From positions 4,313-68,312 of the forward strand of contig CAMOPK010000002.1 in the NCBI GenBank assembly GCA_946622285.1: 64,000 nucleotides of DNA, read 5' to 3'. The DNA comes from an uncultured Bacillota bacterium (lineage in GTDB: Bacteria; Bacillota_I; Bacilli_A; RF39; UBA660). The position numbers and the translations under genes are program-made. Under the pieces are notes generated by a model that saw only the letters and a list, made by a program, of their open reading frames with translations, did no database searches and had not been told where the DNA came from. This document shows positions 9,503 through 19,529 of the stretch, one piece after another (the first letter of the stretch is position 1; every line of letters starts with the position of its first letter).

Positions 9503-10493
9503 ATTTTCTTTTAACACATAAGCAAAAATTATTATTAGCATAGTTGATATCCTGATTTGCTAATAAATAACCAGTTGAATCGGTTCCACAACATGAACTA
9601 CATGCTTCTGCACTACTTTGAGCGCCACATTTAGCATGTCTGACAGTATCAGGATGGCCTTCTGTATATACTACTGAATAATGCGTTCCAGGGAAATTCA
9701 TAACGCAATATTGGTTGCCATTTGAAAAAGTATATTTATCACCGTTCGCAGCATCTGTCGCATTACATGTGGCGTCAGCTCTATTATAATCTGCACAAAC
9801 AATATAGGAAAATTGTGTACCATCTTCATTAGCATAGAAATATTTAACTACACCGTCTTCAGTTCTTGCTTGAGCAATTACTATCCTTAATGATTTGGTG
9901 TACCCGTTAGATTGGCAAATTGAATCAGCATCAGTATAACCTTGAGCAGTAGGAATTGTTAGTTCTATACCTGCAGTTAATGCTTCATTATCACCTTTAC
10001 CAGCTATGCTAGGATTAGCATTTCTAATAGCACTTGCTGTAGTATTATATCTAGAAGCTATCCTAGTAAGCGTATCATCAGCTACAGTAGTATAAGTTGA
10101 TCTATTATATACCCCATGGCTACCAGCACCCGAACCGTCATAATCAAATAAAACATTCAAGCAAGATGCAACGCTTCTTTCTTTATTAGCATTTCCACTT
10201 GTTTCATCTAAGATACTAAGCATCCAAGTAATTCCCGAAAAAAGCACGAATACCAAAGCTGCTGCTATTGCTTTTTGGGTTAACAATCTTTGCGCTTTCT
10301 TAACCTCGTCTTCACTTTTAGTAGTTACTGCTTTAGCCATATCGAACATTCCAATAAATACTAAAGCTATTGGAACAATTACTTTAATGGCATTATAAAT
10401 CAAACTTGTTATCTTAGCTACCTCAGTAGGAATACAAACATTCCCACATCCCTGTACCCAAGGACCAGATCCAATACAATTTACTAAAAACAT
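9501..10493 (-). CDS. Cys-rich membrane protein with a central LysM domain; the N-terminus is a two-TM hairpin
   Basis: 330 aa with RBS AGGAGG. It starts 10 nt after the rny stop. Two hydrophobic helices (VIVPIALVFIGMF and AIAAALVFVLFSGITWMLSIL) flank a charged loop. LysM-like segment YTTVADDTLTRIASRYNTTASAIRNANP...LTIP. The protein has 14 cysteines, including CSSCC and CLC near the C-terminus. Confidence 0.55.
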   Translation of the reverse strand: MFLVNCIGSGPWVQGCGNVCIPTEVAKITSLIYNAIKVIVPIALVFIGMFDMAKAVTTKSEDEVKKAQRLLTQKAIAAALVFVLFSGITWMLSILDETSGNANKERSVASCLNVLFDYDGSGAGSHGVYNRSTYTTVADDTLTRIASRYNTTASAIRNANPSIAGKGDNEALTAGIELTIPTAQGYTDADSICQSNGYTKSLRIVIAQARTEDGVVKYFYANEDGTQFSYIVCADYNRADATCNATDAANGDKYTFSNGNQYCVMNFPGTHYSVVYTEGHPDTVRHAKCGAQSSAEACSSCCGTDSTGYLLANQDINYANNNFCLCVKRK

Positions 10494-10503
10494 ATGTTGC
10501 CTC

Positions 10504-12054
10504 CTATTTTGCTTCTTCTGTTGCGCGTGTTTCTCTTATTACTGTTACTTTAATTGTACCAGGATATTGTAGTTCACTTTCAATCTTTTCTTTGATTTCA
10601 CGTGCTACTTTAAAACTACCTAAATCATCAATTTCTTCTGGCTTTACAATTACACGAATTTCACGACCAGCTTGAACAGCATAAGTTTTATCAATACCCT
10701 TAATATCTGTAGCAATTTTTTCTAAATCTTCTAAACGTTTAACGTAATTTTCTAAAGAATCATTTCTTGCACCAGGGCGAGATGCTGAAAGTGCATCAGC
10801 AATTGCAACAATTGATGAAATTACACTTGTTGCTGGTTTATCACCATGATGTGATTCAATAGCATTAATAACTTCTTTACCTTCGCGATATTTCTTAGCA
10901 AGTTCTGCTCCAATTTCAACATGTGAGCCTTCAATTTCATGATCAACAGCTTTTCCTATATCATGGAATAAACCTGCTCTTTTAGCTATCATTACATTTT
11001 CACCTAATTCACCAGCTATTAATCCTGATAAATTGGCAACTTCAATTGAATGTTGTAATGCATTTTGGCCATAACTTGTTCTAAAGTTCAAACGTCCAAG
11101 AATTTCAACTAATTCTGGATCAACTTTAGTTATTCCAAGTTCAAATAAAGCCGTTTCTCCAATATCACGAACTTTGATTTTCATTTCTTTTACTGTCTTA
11201 TCATAAAGTTCTTCAATTCTAGTTGGATGAATACGTCCATCTTTAATTAAACTTTCAATCGTAATTCTTGCAATTTCACGACGATATGGATCAAATGATG
11301 ATAGAACTATTGCTTCTGGTGTATCATCAATGATTAAATCAACACCTGTAACTGATTCTAAAGTACGAATATTACGTCCTTCACGACCAATAATACGACC
11401 TTTCATTTCATCATTTGGTAAAGTTACAACTGTAATTGTTTGTTCATTTGCAACTTCACTAGAATACTTTTGCATAGCTTCAACTAGTAATTCTTTAGAT
11501 TTCTTATCTGCTTCTAATTGAGCTTCTGTTTCTCTTTCGCGAATATAGTTAACAATTTCAAGATTCATCATCTCTTCAACTTTTTGCATTACCATATCAC
11601 GTGCTTGATTCTTAGAAAATCCCGCGATTTTCTCTAACAAATCAACTTGTTCCTTTTTTATTTCTTCGATTTTAGCTTGTTCTGCTTGTATCTCATTTTG
11701 TTTTTCTACTAAACTATGTTCTTTTTGCTCCAACTGATTCTCACGATTTTGAATAGTTTGGTCACGACGATCAATATTATTCTCACGTGCAAGCAAACGA
11801 TCTTCAGTTTCCTTTATCTCGTTCTTTCTTTCTTTTACATATTCATCAGTTTCAATTTTCAATTTATGAGCTTCTTCTTTAGCTTCAAATAAATAATCTT
11901 TTTTAATTTTTTCTGCTTCTTTTTGAGCTTTATCTAGAACATTTTCAGCTTTATTCTCAGCATTTTTGTTCTTCATATAGTTAAAAACAAATACTGTAAT
12001 AGCGCCTATAATAAGACCAATAAGTAGTCCAAGCAATAAGGAAGACCATTCCAT
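10504..12054 (-). CDS. rny: Ribonuclease Y
   Basis: 516 aa with an N-terminal TM helix, a coiled coil, a KH domain ([12 protein letters not shown]) and an HD domain (LFHDIGK...HH). Confidence 0.95.
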   Translation of the reverse strand: MEWSSLLLGLLIGLIIGAITVFVFNYMKNKNAENKAENVLDKAQKEAEKIKKDYLFEAKEEAHKLKIETDEYVKERKNEIKETEDRLLARENNIDRRDQTIQNRENQLEQKEHSLVEKQNEIQAEQAKIEEIKKEQVDLLEKIAGFSKNQARDMVMQKVEEMMNLEIVNYIRERETEAQLEADKKSKELLVEAMQKYSSEVANEQTITVVTLPNDEMKGRIIGREGRNIRTLESVTGVDLIIDDTPEAIVLSSFDPYRREIARITIESLIKDGRIHPTRIEELYDKTVKEMKIKVRDIGETALFELGITKVDPELVEILGRLNFRTSYGQNALQHSIEVANLSGLIAGELGENVMIAKRAGLFHDIGKAVDHEIEGSHVEIGAELAKKYREGKEVINAIESHHGDKPATSVISSIVAIADALSASRPGARNDSLENYVKRLEDLEKIATDIKGIDKTYAVQAGREIRVIVKPEEIDDLGSFKVAREIKEKIESELQYPGTIKVTVIRETRATEEAK

Positions 12055-12154
12055 AAATTATACCTCCTAATCACTTAAAAAATTTATGTAAATTTATCAC
12101 GTGTAGACTCCACCACACTACTATTATTGTAAATGTTATTCTAATATAAGTCAA

Positions 12155-12188
12155 GAAAAAAGCGGACATTGAAAGTCTGCTTTTTTTA
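12155..12188 (-). terminator. Putative terminator downstream of recA
   Basis: Hairpin GCAGAC...GTCCGC with one mismatch, flanked by T and A runs. Confidence 0.45.
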
Positions 12189-13217
12189 TTATTTTTTAGT
12201 TTCATTTGTAGGATTATTTACTGATATTCCATAATAATCACGAACTTTATTTTCTAGTTCACTGAATAACTCTGGATTTTTAAGAAGTAATTCTTTAACA
12301 TTTTCTTTCCCTTGACCCATTTTTTCACCTTTATATGAATACCATGCACCTGTTTTTTCAACAATGCCTGCTTCACTAGCCAAGTCAACTACTTCACCTT
12401 CTTTAGAAACCCCTTTACCATAACTAATATCAACTACACAGTTTTTGAAAGGTGGTGCCATTTTATTTTTAACAACTTTAATGTTGGTTTTATTTCCTAC
12501 AACATTTTCGCCATTTTTAATTTGTTCACCTTTTCTAATTTCTAAACGAACTGATGAATAGAACTTAAGAGCTCTACCTCCAGGTGTAGTTTCTGGATTT
12601 CCAAACATAATTCCAACTTTTTCACGTAATTGATTAATAAAAATTGCAATTGTATTTGTCTTACTGATAACTCCAGAAAGTTTACGCAACGCTTGACTCA
12701 TTAAACGAGCTTGAAGTCCAACATGAGAATCTCCCATTTCACCCTCAATTTCTGCTTGAGGTACTAATGCTGCTACTGAGTCGATTACAATTATACTAAT
12801 TGCACCACTTCTAACTAAAGCTTCGCATATTTCTAATGCTTGTTCTCCATTATCTGGTTGTGATAATAAAAGGTCATCAGTGTTAACACCTAAATTTCTT
12901 GCATAATTTGGGTCCAATGAATGTTCAGCATCAATAAATGCTGCTCTACCTCCTGCTTTTTGTGCTTCAGCTATTGCATGAAGTGCAAAAGTTGTTTTAC
13001 CACTTGATTCAGGTCCATATATTTCTATAATTCTTCCTTTTGGATAACCACCTATTCCAAGAGCAATATCTAAAGAAATTGAACCACTTGGAATAACATC
13101 TATATGTCTATCTGGATGATCCCCTAGTTTCATAACGGCACCTTTACCAAATTGTTTTTCTATATCTGCTAAAACTTGATCTAATGTTTTATCACTAGTG
13201 CCAGTTGTCTTTACCAT
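12189..13217 (-). CDS. recA: Recombinase RecA
   Basis: 342 aa with GPESSGKTT (Walker A), FIDAEH and [10 protein letters not shown] motifs. Confidence 0.97.
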   Translation of the reverse strand: MVKTTGTSDKTLDQVLADIEKQFGKGAVMKLGDHPDRHIDVIPSGSISLDIALGIGGYPKGRIIEIYGPESSGKTTFALHAIAEAQKAGGRAAFIDAEHSLDPNYARNLGVNTDDLLLSQPDNGEQALEICEALVRSGAISIIVIDSVAALVPQAEIEGEMGDSHVGLQARLMSQALRKLSGVISKTNTIAIFINQLREKVGIMFGNPETTPGGRALKFYSSVRLEIRKGEQIKNGENVVGNKTNIKVVKNKMAPPFKNCVVDISYGKGVSKEGEVVDLASEAGIVEKTGAWYSYKGEKMGQGKENVKELLLKNPELFSELENKVRDYYGISVNNPTNETKK

Positions 13218-13377
13218 TTATGTTCCTCCTAACGTATACTTAAATTATATTTCATTTAATTTGAGATGTCAATATAAAAACGAACATTTGTTCTTAAAAA
13301 GTGTAAATCTGTTCATTTATAACGACAAAATTCTTTATTTAAGTATTAAAAAAAGATATTTTTGTAAATATCTTTTC

Positions 13378-13977
13378 TTACTTTCCAGATTTAAATATAA
13401 ATTCTTTATTATCGTGATAATATTGAACACCAGATATAATCGAAAGAACTGATGCAACAATTAACAATAAATCAGATACATATAAATTCCATAATTCAAA
13501 TGGTAAATTGTTGAAAAGTGTTAACGAAACACCTGTCATCATACATGCTGATTTGATCTTTCCTAGTTTACTTGCTGCTACTACTTTACCTTTGTTACCA
13601 GCAATCATTTTAATTGAATCAACAATTGTATCACGGAAAATGATAACAACTGGAATAATTGCACTGATATATCCTTGTGCAGCTAAAATAATTAAAACTG
13701 AGTTTACTAATACTTTATCGGCAATTGCATCTAACATTTTTCCAAAGTCTGTAACTAAGTTTTTCTTTCTTGCTATTTTACCATCAAATAAATCTGTTAA
13801 AGATGCTATTACGAATAAGACACCAGCAATTAAGTATTTTGAATCAACTTTTAAAAGTTCATTTATAAATAATTGTGGGAATGCAACTCCGAATGCATCA
13901 AATGGTAATAAAAGTAAGACAATAATTAAAATTGTAAGTATTATTCTGGACATTGTTAATTTGTTTGGTAAATTCAT
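13378..13977 (-). CDS. pgsA: CDP-diacylglycerol--glycerol-3-phosphate 3-phosphatidyltransferase
   Basis: 199 aa, multi-TM, with the CDP-alcohol phosphatidyltransferase motif DLFDGKIARKKNLVTDFGKMLDAIADK. Confidence 0.9.
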   Translation of the reverse strand: MNLPNKLTMSRIILTILIIVLLLLPFDAFGVAFPQLFINELLKVDSKYLIAGVLFVIASLTDLFDGKIARKKNLVTDFGKMLDAIADKVLVNSVLIILAAQGYISAIIPVVIIFRDTIVDSIKMIAGNKGKVVAASKLGKIKSACMMTGVSLTLFNNLPFELWNLYVSDLLLIVASVLSIISGVQYYHDNKEFIFKSGK

Positions 13978-13988
13978 AAAAAAATCTC

Positions 13989-14405
13989 CTATCTGAATAT
14001 CAATATTAAAACTGCTATTATTATAGCAACACCTAAAATTAAGAATATCAATTTGGCATAATTTGTTTTTCGATAATAGTCAATTGTGTATGGTGATCTA
14101 ATTTTGTCTTTTTTCTCTTGTTCTTTTTTGCTTGCTTCTTCTATATCATCCAATGATATTTTTGAAGTATAATCGAACAAGTATTCATTAAATTCATCAA
14201 CTAATTCATCATAGTTTAATCCCAAATACTTTGCATAATCTCTAATAAAATACTTGAGATAAAAAATATCTTGAAAAGCTTCTAAATTACCTGCTTCTAT
14301 GTTTTCAATCTGACTTTTTGAAACTTTTAAGTCACCAGCTGCTTCTTCAACAGTAATGTCAACACTTTCGCGGGCTTCTCTTAATTTTGCTCCAATATCT
14401 TTCAA
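13989..14405 (-). CDS. rodZ: RodZ-like cytoskeleton protein (XRE-type HTH plus a C-terminal TM helix)
   Basis: IGAKLREARESVDITVEEAAGDLKVSKSQIENIEAGN is an HTH. The position upstream of pgsA matches B. subtilis ymfM (rodZ). I chose the TTG start at 14405 (AAGGAGG 9 nt upstream) because the longer ORF to 14477 overlaps the RNase P RNA. Confidence 0.65.
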   Translation of the reverse strand: MKDIGAKLREARESVDITVEEAAGDLKVSKSQIENIEAGNLEAFQDIFYLKYFIRDYAKYLGLNYDELVDEFNEYLFDYTSKISLDDIEEASKKEQEKKDKIRSPYTIDYYRKTNYAKLIFLILGVAIIIAVLILIFR

Positions 14406-14430
14406 GCAAAAGAACCTCCTTAAAAAAACA

Positions 14431-14767
14431 ATAATACTAATAAGCCATGTTCTGTAACCATAAAGGTTGGCAAACATTTATCTATCTTGCGATCCAAGTC
14501 AAAATTGAATTCTTTTAACTTAGTTCCCCTACCAAAATTTGGGTTTCTCACTCGCGGGGTTTACGTCGTCTCACTTGATTTATTTCTAAACCAAATCGTC
14601 ACTATAGCACTTTTATATCTAATATAACCATGGTTAGGTTAATTCGATGCCGTCAGTAAAAACTGCCACAGGTTATTTTTTCCCTGTGCACGAACACTAC
14701 CAACATCTCAGTTGGTGTGAGCATGGACTTTCCTCTACAAAAATTGCAGCGTTTGCCTAGTATTATT
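14431..14767 (-). ncRNA. rnpB: RNase P RNA (bacterial type B)
   Basis: The minus strand contains GAGGAAAGTCCATGCTC, GTAAACCCCGCGAGTGAGAAACCCAAATTTTGGTAGGGGAAC and ACAGAACATGGCTTA. These are near-identical to conserved B. subtilis rnpB blocks. A P1 helix forms between AATAATACTA (5') and TAGTATTATT (3'). It sits next to gpsB, as I recall for B. subtilis (from memory, not checked). Confidence 0.9.
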
Positions 14768-15092
14768 CTTTCTCATTATCATAGACAATTTTTTCAAGAT
14801 TTGATAATCTTCTCAAAACGTCTGCTGTACTAGTTGAATTATCACTATTGTTTGCAAGTGCTTCAAGTTTAGCTTTTAAGTTTCTTACTTCCTGCTTCAA
14901 GTTAATGTTTTCATCAACTAACTCTTGTCTTTCATTAGAAGCAATTTTTAACAAACGATTAAATGTTTCATAATCACGGATAATCGTATCTAAAAATTTG
15001 TCGACTTCTTGAGGTCTATAACCTCTTGTATCAATCTTAAATTCTTTACTCAAAATATCTTGACTTGATAATTCAATCTCGCTATTTAACAC
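14763..15092 (-). CDS. gpsB: Cell-cycle protein GpsB (DivIVA-domain)
   Basis: 109 aa. GTG start with GAGGTGG upstream. LSSQDILSKEFKIDTRGYRPQEVDKFLDTIIRDYE is the DivIVA/GpsB N-terminal domain, followed by a coiled coil. Confidence 0.85.
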   Translation of the reverse strand: MLNSEIELSSQDILSKEFKIDTRGYRPQEVDKFLDTIIRDYETFNRLLKIASNERQELVDENINLKQEVRNLKAKLEALANNSDNSTSTADVLRRLSNLEKIVYDNEKE

Positions 15093-15323
15093 TTTAAACC
15101 ACCTCTATTATCAAAATAATTTTCTCAAAAAAAAGAGGTTTTGTCAATAAAATTTAAAGCCCACATATTATATAATAATTATAGTTTTTTGTCAAAGGAG
15201 CTTATCTATTTAATGCATTTTAACCTTTATCTTTCAAGTTTGGTTTCTAAAAATAGATAACAACTTGCAATTTTTATATGGAAATTTCATCCTATATATA
15301 GTATAATTATTAAAGGTGAATTT

Positions 15324-15908
15324 ATGAAATACCCAGGAAAGGCCAATAGTGAATATAAACCAACCATAAGTTATGGTAATCGTGGTATGACTCTTGAAGA
15401 AGATATAAATCTTTCAAACGATTTTTATCGTGATACTGATAGAGCCGTCATTTATAAAAAGCCTACTCCAATTACTATTTCAAAAGTTGAATATAATTCA
15501 AATAAAGAACGTGTAATTAAAGAAGCTTATTTCAAAATTCCATCGACAACTGATTATAATGGAATATATCGTGGAAAATACATTGATTTTGAAGCTAAAG
15601 AAACGAAATTAAAAAAATTCCCACTGATTAATATCCATAATCATCAAATTAAACATTTAGAAAAAGTAGCTAAACATGGCGCAATTGCATTTTTAATTGT
15701 CCGTTTTACAACTTTAAATGAAACATACTATCTAGATATTAAAGACCTAACATACTACTTAGAAAATGTCAAAAAGAGTTTTATATCATATGATTATTTT
15801 AATGAGAAAGGATACTTATTAAAAGAAAGATATAATCCGAGAATTGACTATTTAAGTGTTATCGATGATATCTACTTTAAAGGAGATTTATATGAAAAAG
15901 ATAAATAA
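15324..15908 (+). CDS. recU: Holliday junction resolvase RecU
   Basis: 194 aa with NRGMTLEEDIN...YNGIYRGKYIDFEAKET, upstream of ponA as in Bacillus. Confidence 0.9.
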   Translation: MKYPGKANSEYKPTISYGNRGMTLEEDINLSNDFYRDTDRAVIYKKPTPITISKVEYNSNKERVIKEAYFKIPSTTDYNGIYRGKYIDFEAKETKLKKFPLINIHNHQIKHLEKVAKHGAIAFLIVRFTTLNETYYLDIKDLTYYLENVKKSFISYDYFNEKGYLLKERYNPRIDYLSVIDDIYFKGDLYEKDK

Positions 15909-18894
15909 CAAATTATTTACCTCAAAGAAAACAAAAGAAATAAAAGAAAACGATGAAAAAGTAAATGTAGAAGAAAAAAAGAAAGCAAAAGTTTCAAAAA
16001 AAGATATATCAACTTATGCAATATTTGCAGTCTTAGTTGTTGCAATTTTAGTAATTGGCTCTCTAGCAATCGGAATTAAAAAAACAATTTTAATTTTACT
16101 TGCAGTTGGTGTAATTGCAGCTATTGCTACTTTTGTTACTAAATATCTTATTAAAAAAGACAATGCTAAACCAGCTAAAGTTAAAAAAGCTGAAAAAGTC
16201 GAAAAGAAAGTAAAAGAGATTAAAAAAGCTACAACTATTAAACATAAAAAATTAAAAATATTTTTACTTATCGTATTCTCACTTTGTATTTTGGGTCTAA
16301 TTGCTGTTGGATTATTCTTCTTATTAGTAATTAAAACAGCTAATCCAAAATATGATGTATCTAAACTATATAATCAAGAATCAAGTATCATATATGATCG
16401 TGATAACAATGTTATTGCTGAACTTGCTTTTGAAAAACGTGAAGTTATTAGTTATGAAGAACTTCCTGAGGTTTTAGTTAATGCAATAATTGCAACTGAA
16501 GATTCAAGATTCTTCCAACATAATGGTTTTGATGTATTACGTTTTACTAAAGCTAGTTTAGGTCAAGTTATGGGTAGAGATTCCGGTGGTGCTTCTACTC
16601 TAACAATGCAAATTAGTAAAAACCGTTTCACTTCAACAGAAACATCTGGTTTTGAAGGAATACTAAGAAAATTCCAAGATATTTATTTATCAGTATTTAA
16701 ACTTGAAAGAGATTATACTAAAAAAGAAATAATTGAAATTTATGCTAACTCATTTTATTTAGGTGGTAGTTCATATGGTGTTGAACAAGCATGTCGAACA
16801 TATTTTGGTAAGAGTGCTAAAGATATCAACTTAGCAGAAGCTGCTTTAATAGCAGGTCTTTATCAATCACCTTCTGAATATGATCCACTAGTAAATCCTG
16901 ATAAAGCTGAAAATCGTAGACAAACAGTACTTTATCTAATGGAATTACATGGATATATAACTCCAGAAGAAAGAGCAATAGCATCTGAATTAACTGTACC
17001 TACTCTACTTAAGAATAATAAAAGTGTTGATAATAAACAATATTTATCATTTATCAATACTGTTATAAAAGAAGTTGAAACTCGTACAGGTAAAAATCCA
17101 TATTATACAGCTATGCATATATATTCAACTATGGATGCTGAAAAGCAAGCATTCTTAGATGAATTAATGTATACTGATAAAATTCATAAATGGGAAAACC
17201 CAGTAGTTGATGCTGGTATTGTTATATTAGAAACTGGTACTGCTGAAATAGTTGGTATTGCCGGTGGACGTAAAACTGTTGCTTTAGGTTATAATACTGC
17301 AACTGATATTAAAAACCAGATTGGTTCAACTTCAAAACCACTATTTGACTATGGTCCAGCTATTGAATATAACAATATATCAACTTATAATTTGATTGCT
17401 GATGAACCATACAAATATAGTAGTGGCTCAATATTATACAATTACGATTACAAAAATGTTGGATTAATTACTACTCGTAATTCAATCCGTGATTCTAGAA
17501 ACGTCCCTGCTTTAAAAACTTTCCAATCAGTAGGACGTGGAAATGTTAAAGAATTTGTTACTAAACTTCATTTACATCCGGAAAGTGACTTACATGAAGC
17601 TCACTCATTAGGTGGTTATAATGGTGAAAGTCCATTATCACTTGCAGGTGCTTATCAAACTTATGCTAATGGTGGTTATTATATAGAACCACATAGTGTT
17701 AGAAAAGTAATATTTGTAGATGGTAATGAAGAATTTAAAGTTGTAACTCCAAAAGAAAAAGCTGTAAAAGCTTCTACTGCTTATATGATTCAAGATATGA
17801 TGATTACAGCAGCACAAAAATCTTATGGAAGCGCCATAAACGGTGCAACTGTTGCATCTAAGACAGGTACTACAACTTATTCTCCATCATTCTTAAAACA
17901 AATGGGAATGTCATCAAATGCCGTAAAAGACTTGTGGTACGCTGGATTTAATAAAGATTATACTTTAACAGTTTGGTATGGTTACCATGAAGTAAATAAG
18001 CAATATTATTCAAAACGTGGTAATTCAACACATAGAACATTATTTATCACTGTTGGTAAGAAATTATTTAAGGGTAATAGAATGCAACCTCGTCCTAGCA
18101 ATGTAGTTGCTTCTCGAGTTGAAGTAAATAGTTATCCTGCTAAATTACCAAGTGAATTTACACCAAGTAAATATATTACAACAGAATTATTTATTAATGG
18201 TACGCAACCTACAGAAGTTTCGACAAGATTTAGTCGTTTAAATAACGTTACTAATTTAACAGGAACATATGAAGGTGGAAGAATTCATTTATCATGGATT
18301 CCAATTGCTACTCCAGATCCACTAAGTGAAAGTTTCTTAAGATCAAGCTTTCAACCATTGTTTACAAATAAAGAATACTTTGAAGAATTCATTCAAAATA
18401 GAATTAAAGATGATACGGCAATGTTTGGTAACTTAGGATATAGAATTTACTTAAAACATGACGATGGCACAATTGAAGGAATTGGATATACATATGGTAG
18501 TACATATTCATTCACTCCACCATCTAGTGGAACTCATACTTATATAGTTAAGAGTGAATATGACATATTTAATTCAAACGCAAGTTATGGTGCTGAAGTA
18601 ACAGTATCAAATGATTATTATGCCAACACTATAACAGCTCGCCTAAATGGTAACTCAAACGTTGAAGTCGACATTGGAAGTACTTTTGTAGATGAAAATC
18701 CAGCTGTTATCGTTCAAGAAGGATTATCAGTAGTTACTAGTTATGCTACTATTACAAAAGAAGTTAAGGTTTATGGAACTTCTACAATAGTATCTAACGT
18801 TGATACTTCAAAAGCAGGTAAATACACAATTGAATATCATGTTACATATAAGAATTATGAGAAAACATTAAAACGAAATGTAACTGTAAAATAA
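15892..18894 (+). CDS. ponA: Bifunctional class A penicillin-binding protein (glycosyltransferase plus transpeptidase) with an extended C-terminus
   Basis: GT51 motifs (ATEDSRFFQHNGFD; GASTLTMQ) and transpeptidase motifs (STSKP; KTGTT). ATG 15892 after AAAGGAG is preferred. The C-terminal ~265 aa look like FN3 and Ig folds. Confidence 0.9.
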   Translation: MKKINNKLFTSKKTKEIKENDEKVNVEEKKKAKVSKKDISTYAIFAVLVVAILVIGSLAIGIKKTILILLAVGVIAAIATFVTKYLIKKDNAKPAKVKKAEKVEKKVKEIKKATTIKHKKLKIFLLIVFSLCILGLIAVGLFFLLVIKTANPKYDVSKLYNQESSIIYDRDNNVIAELAFEKREVISYEELPEVLVNAIIATEDSRFFQHNGFDVLRFTKASLGQVMGRDSGGASTLTMQISKNRFTSTETSGFEGILRKFQDIYLSVFKLERDYTKKEIIEIYANSFYLGGSSYGVEQACRTYFGKSAKDINLAEAALIAGLYQSPSEYDPLVNPDKAENRRQTVLYLMELHGYITPEERAIASELTVPTLLKNNKSVDNKQYLSFINTVIKEVETRTGKNPYYTAMHIYSTMDAEKQAFLDELMYTDKIHKWENPVVDAGIVILETGTAEIVGIAGGRKTVALGYNTATDIKNQIGSTSKPLFDYGPAIEYNNISTYNLIADEPYKYSSGSILYNYDYKNVGLITTRNSIRDSRNVPALKTFQSVGRGNVKEFVTKLHLHPESDLHEAHSLGGYNGESPLSLAGAYQTYANGGYYIEPHSVRKVIFVDGNEEFKVVTPKEKAVKASTAYMIQDMMITAAQKSYGSAINGATVASKTGTTTYSPSFLKQMGMSSNAVKDLWYAGFNKDYTLTVWYGYHEVNKQYYSKRGNSTHRTLFITVGKKLFKGNRMQPRPSNVVASRVEVNSYPAKLPSEFTPSKYITTELFINGTQPTEVSTRFSRLNNVTNLTGTYEGGRIHLSWIPIATPDPLSESFLRSSFQPLFTNKEYFEEFIQNRIKDDTAMFGNLGYRIYLKHDDGTIEGIGYTYGSTYSFTPPSSGTHTYIVKSEYDIFNSNASYGAEVTVSNDYYANTITARLNGNSNVEVDIGSTFVDENPAVIVQEGLSVVTSYATITKEVKVYGTSTIVSNVDTSKAGKYTIEYHVTYKNYEKTLKRNVTVK

Positions 18895-18911
18895 AAAGAT
18901 ATATGATTAAT

Positions 18912-19529
18912 TCATATATCTTTTTTTTCATACTTACAAACATCTTTCAATTTACAGTTTCCACAATTTGGTTTTATTGCTTTGCAATGATATCTTCCAA
19001 AGAATATCAATTGATGATGAATATGAATAACATTATCTTTAGGAATCAATTTCATCAATTTCTTTTCTACCGCTCTAGCATCATCTTTTTCTTTTGCAAA
19101 TCCAAGCCTTTTAGCAACTCTAAGAATATGTGTATCAACTGCTAAATATGGTTCATTATAAAGTTCAGATAATACAACATTTGTTGTTTTTCTACCTACA
19201 CCACTTAATGATTCTAAGTAATTACGATCATTACAAACTGGTTTTTCTTTCAATTTTTTTGCAATTTCAACAACATTCTTTGCTTTCAAGTGATATGTTC
19301 CTATAGGTTTAATAATATCTTCAATATCTTTAATATCAGCATCAGCTAAAGCTTCAATTGTATTATATTCTTTAAAAAGAATATCAGTTACTTGATTTAC
19401 TCTTTTATCCGTCGTTTGAGCACTTAACATTACAGCAATTAATAATTCATAATCTTTTGAATAATTAAGTTCACATCTAGCATTTGGAAAAAGTTCATTT
19501 AAATATTCTAATACCTTATTCATCATCAT
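18912..19529 (-). CDS. nth: Endonuclease III
   Basis: 205 aa with the HhH-GPD fold (LSGVGRKTTNVVL) and a 4Fe-4S cluster C-x6-C-x2-C-x5-C (CKAIKPNCGNCKLKDVC). Confidence 0.92.
   Translation of the reverse strand: MMMNKVLEYLNELFPNARCELNYSKDYELLIAVMLSAQTTDKRVNQVTDILFKEYNTIEALADADIKDIEDIIKPIGTYHLKAKNVVEIAKKLKEKPVCNDRNYLESLSGVGRKTTNVVLSELYNEPYLAVDTHILRVAKRLGFAKEKDDARAVEKKLMKLIPKDNVIHIHHQLIFFGRYHCKAIKPNCGNCKLKDVCKYEKKDI

Noticed and set aside
9501-10493. Interpreting the VirB2-like LysM gene as a marker of an integrated conjugative element.
   Set aside because: No relaxase, VirB4/VirD4-type ATPase, integrase or repeat boundaries occur nearby. The FtsK gene at 35057-37270 is the chromosomal translocase, with a gamma domain. 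Only the single-gene observation is retained.
14406-14477. N-terminal extension (MFANLYGYRTWLISIIVFLRRFFC) of the RodZ-like ORF.
   Set aside because: It overlaps the 3' part of the RNase P RNA. A TTG start with a strong RBS lies immediately downstream of the RNA.
15093-15323. The 230-nt gpsB/recU divergent intergenic region as a possible riboswitch or sRNA.
   Set aside because: I could not find a conserved riboswitch core, a convincing terminator hairpin or a stable extended structure. It is most simply a divergent promoter region.
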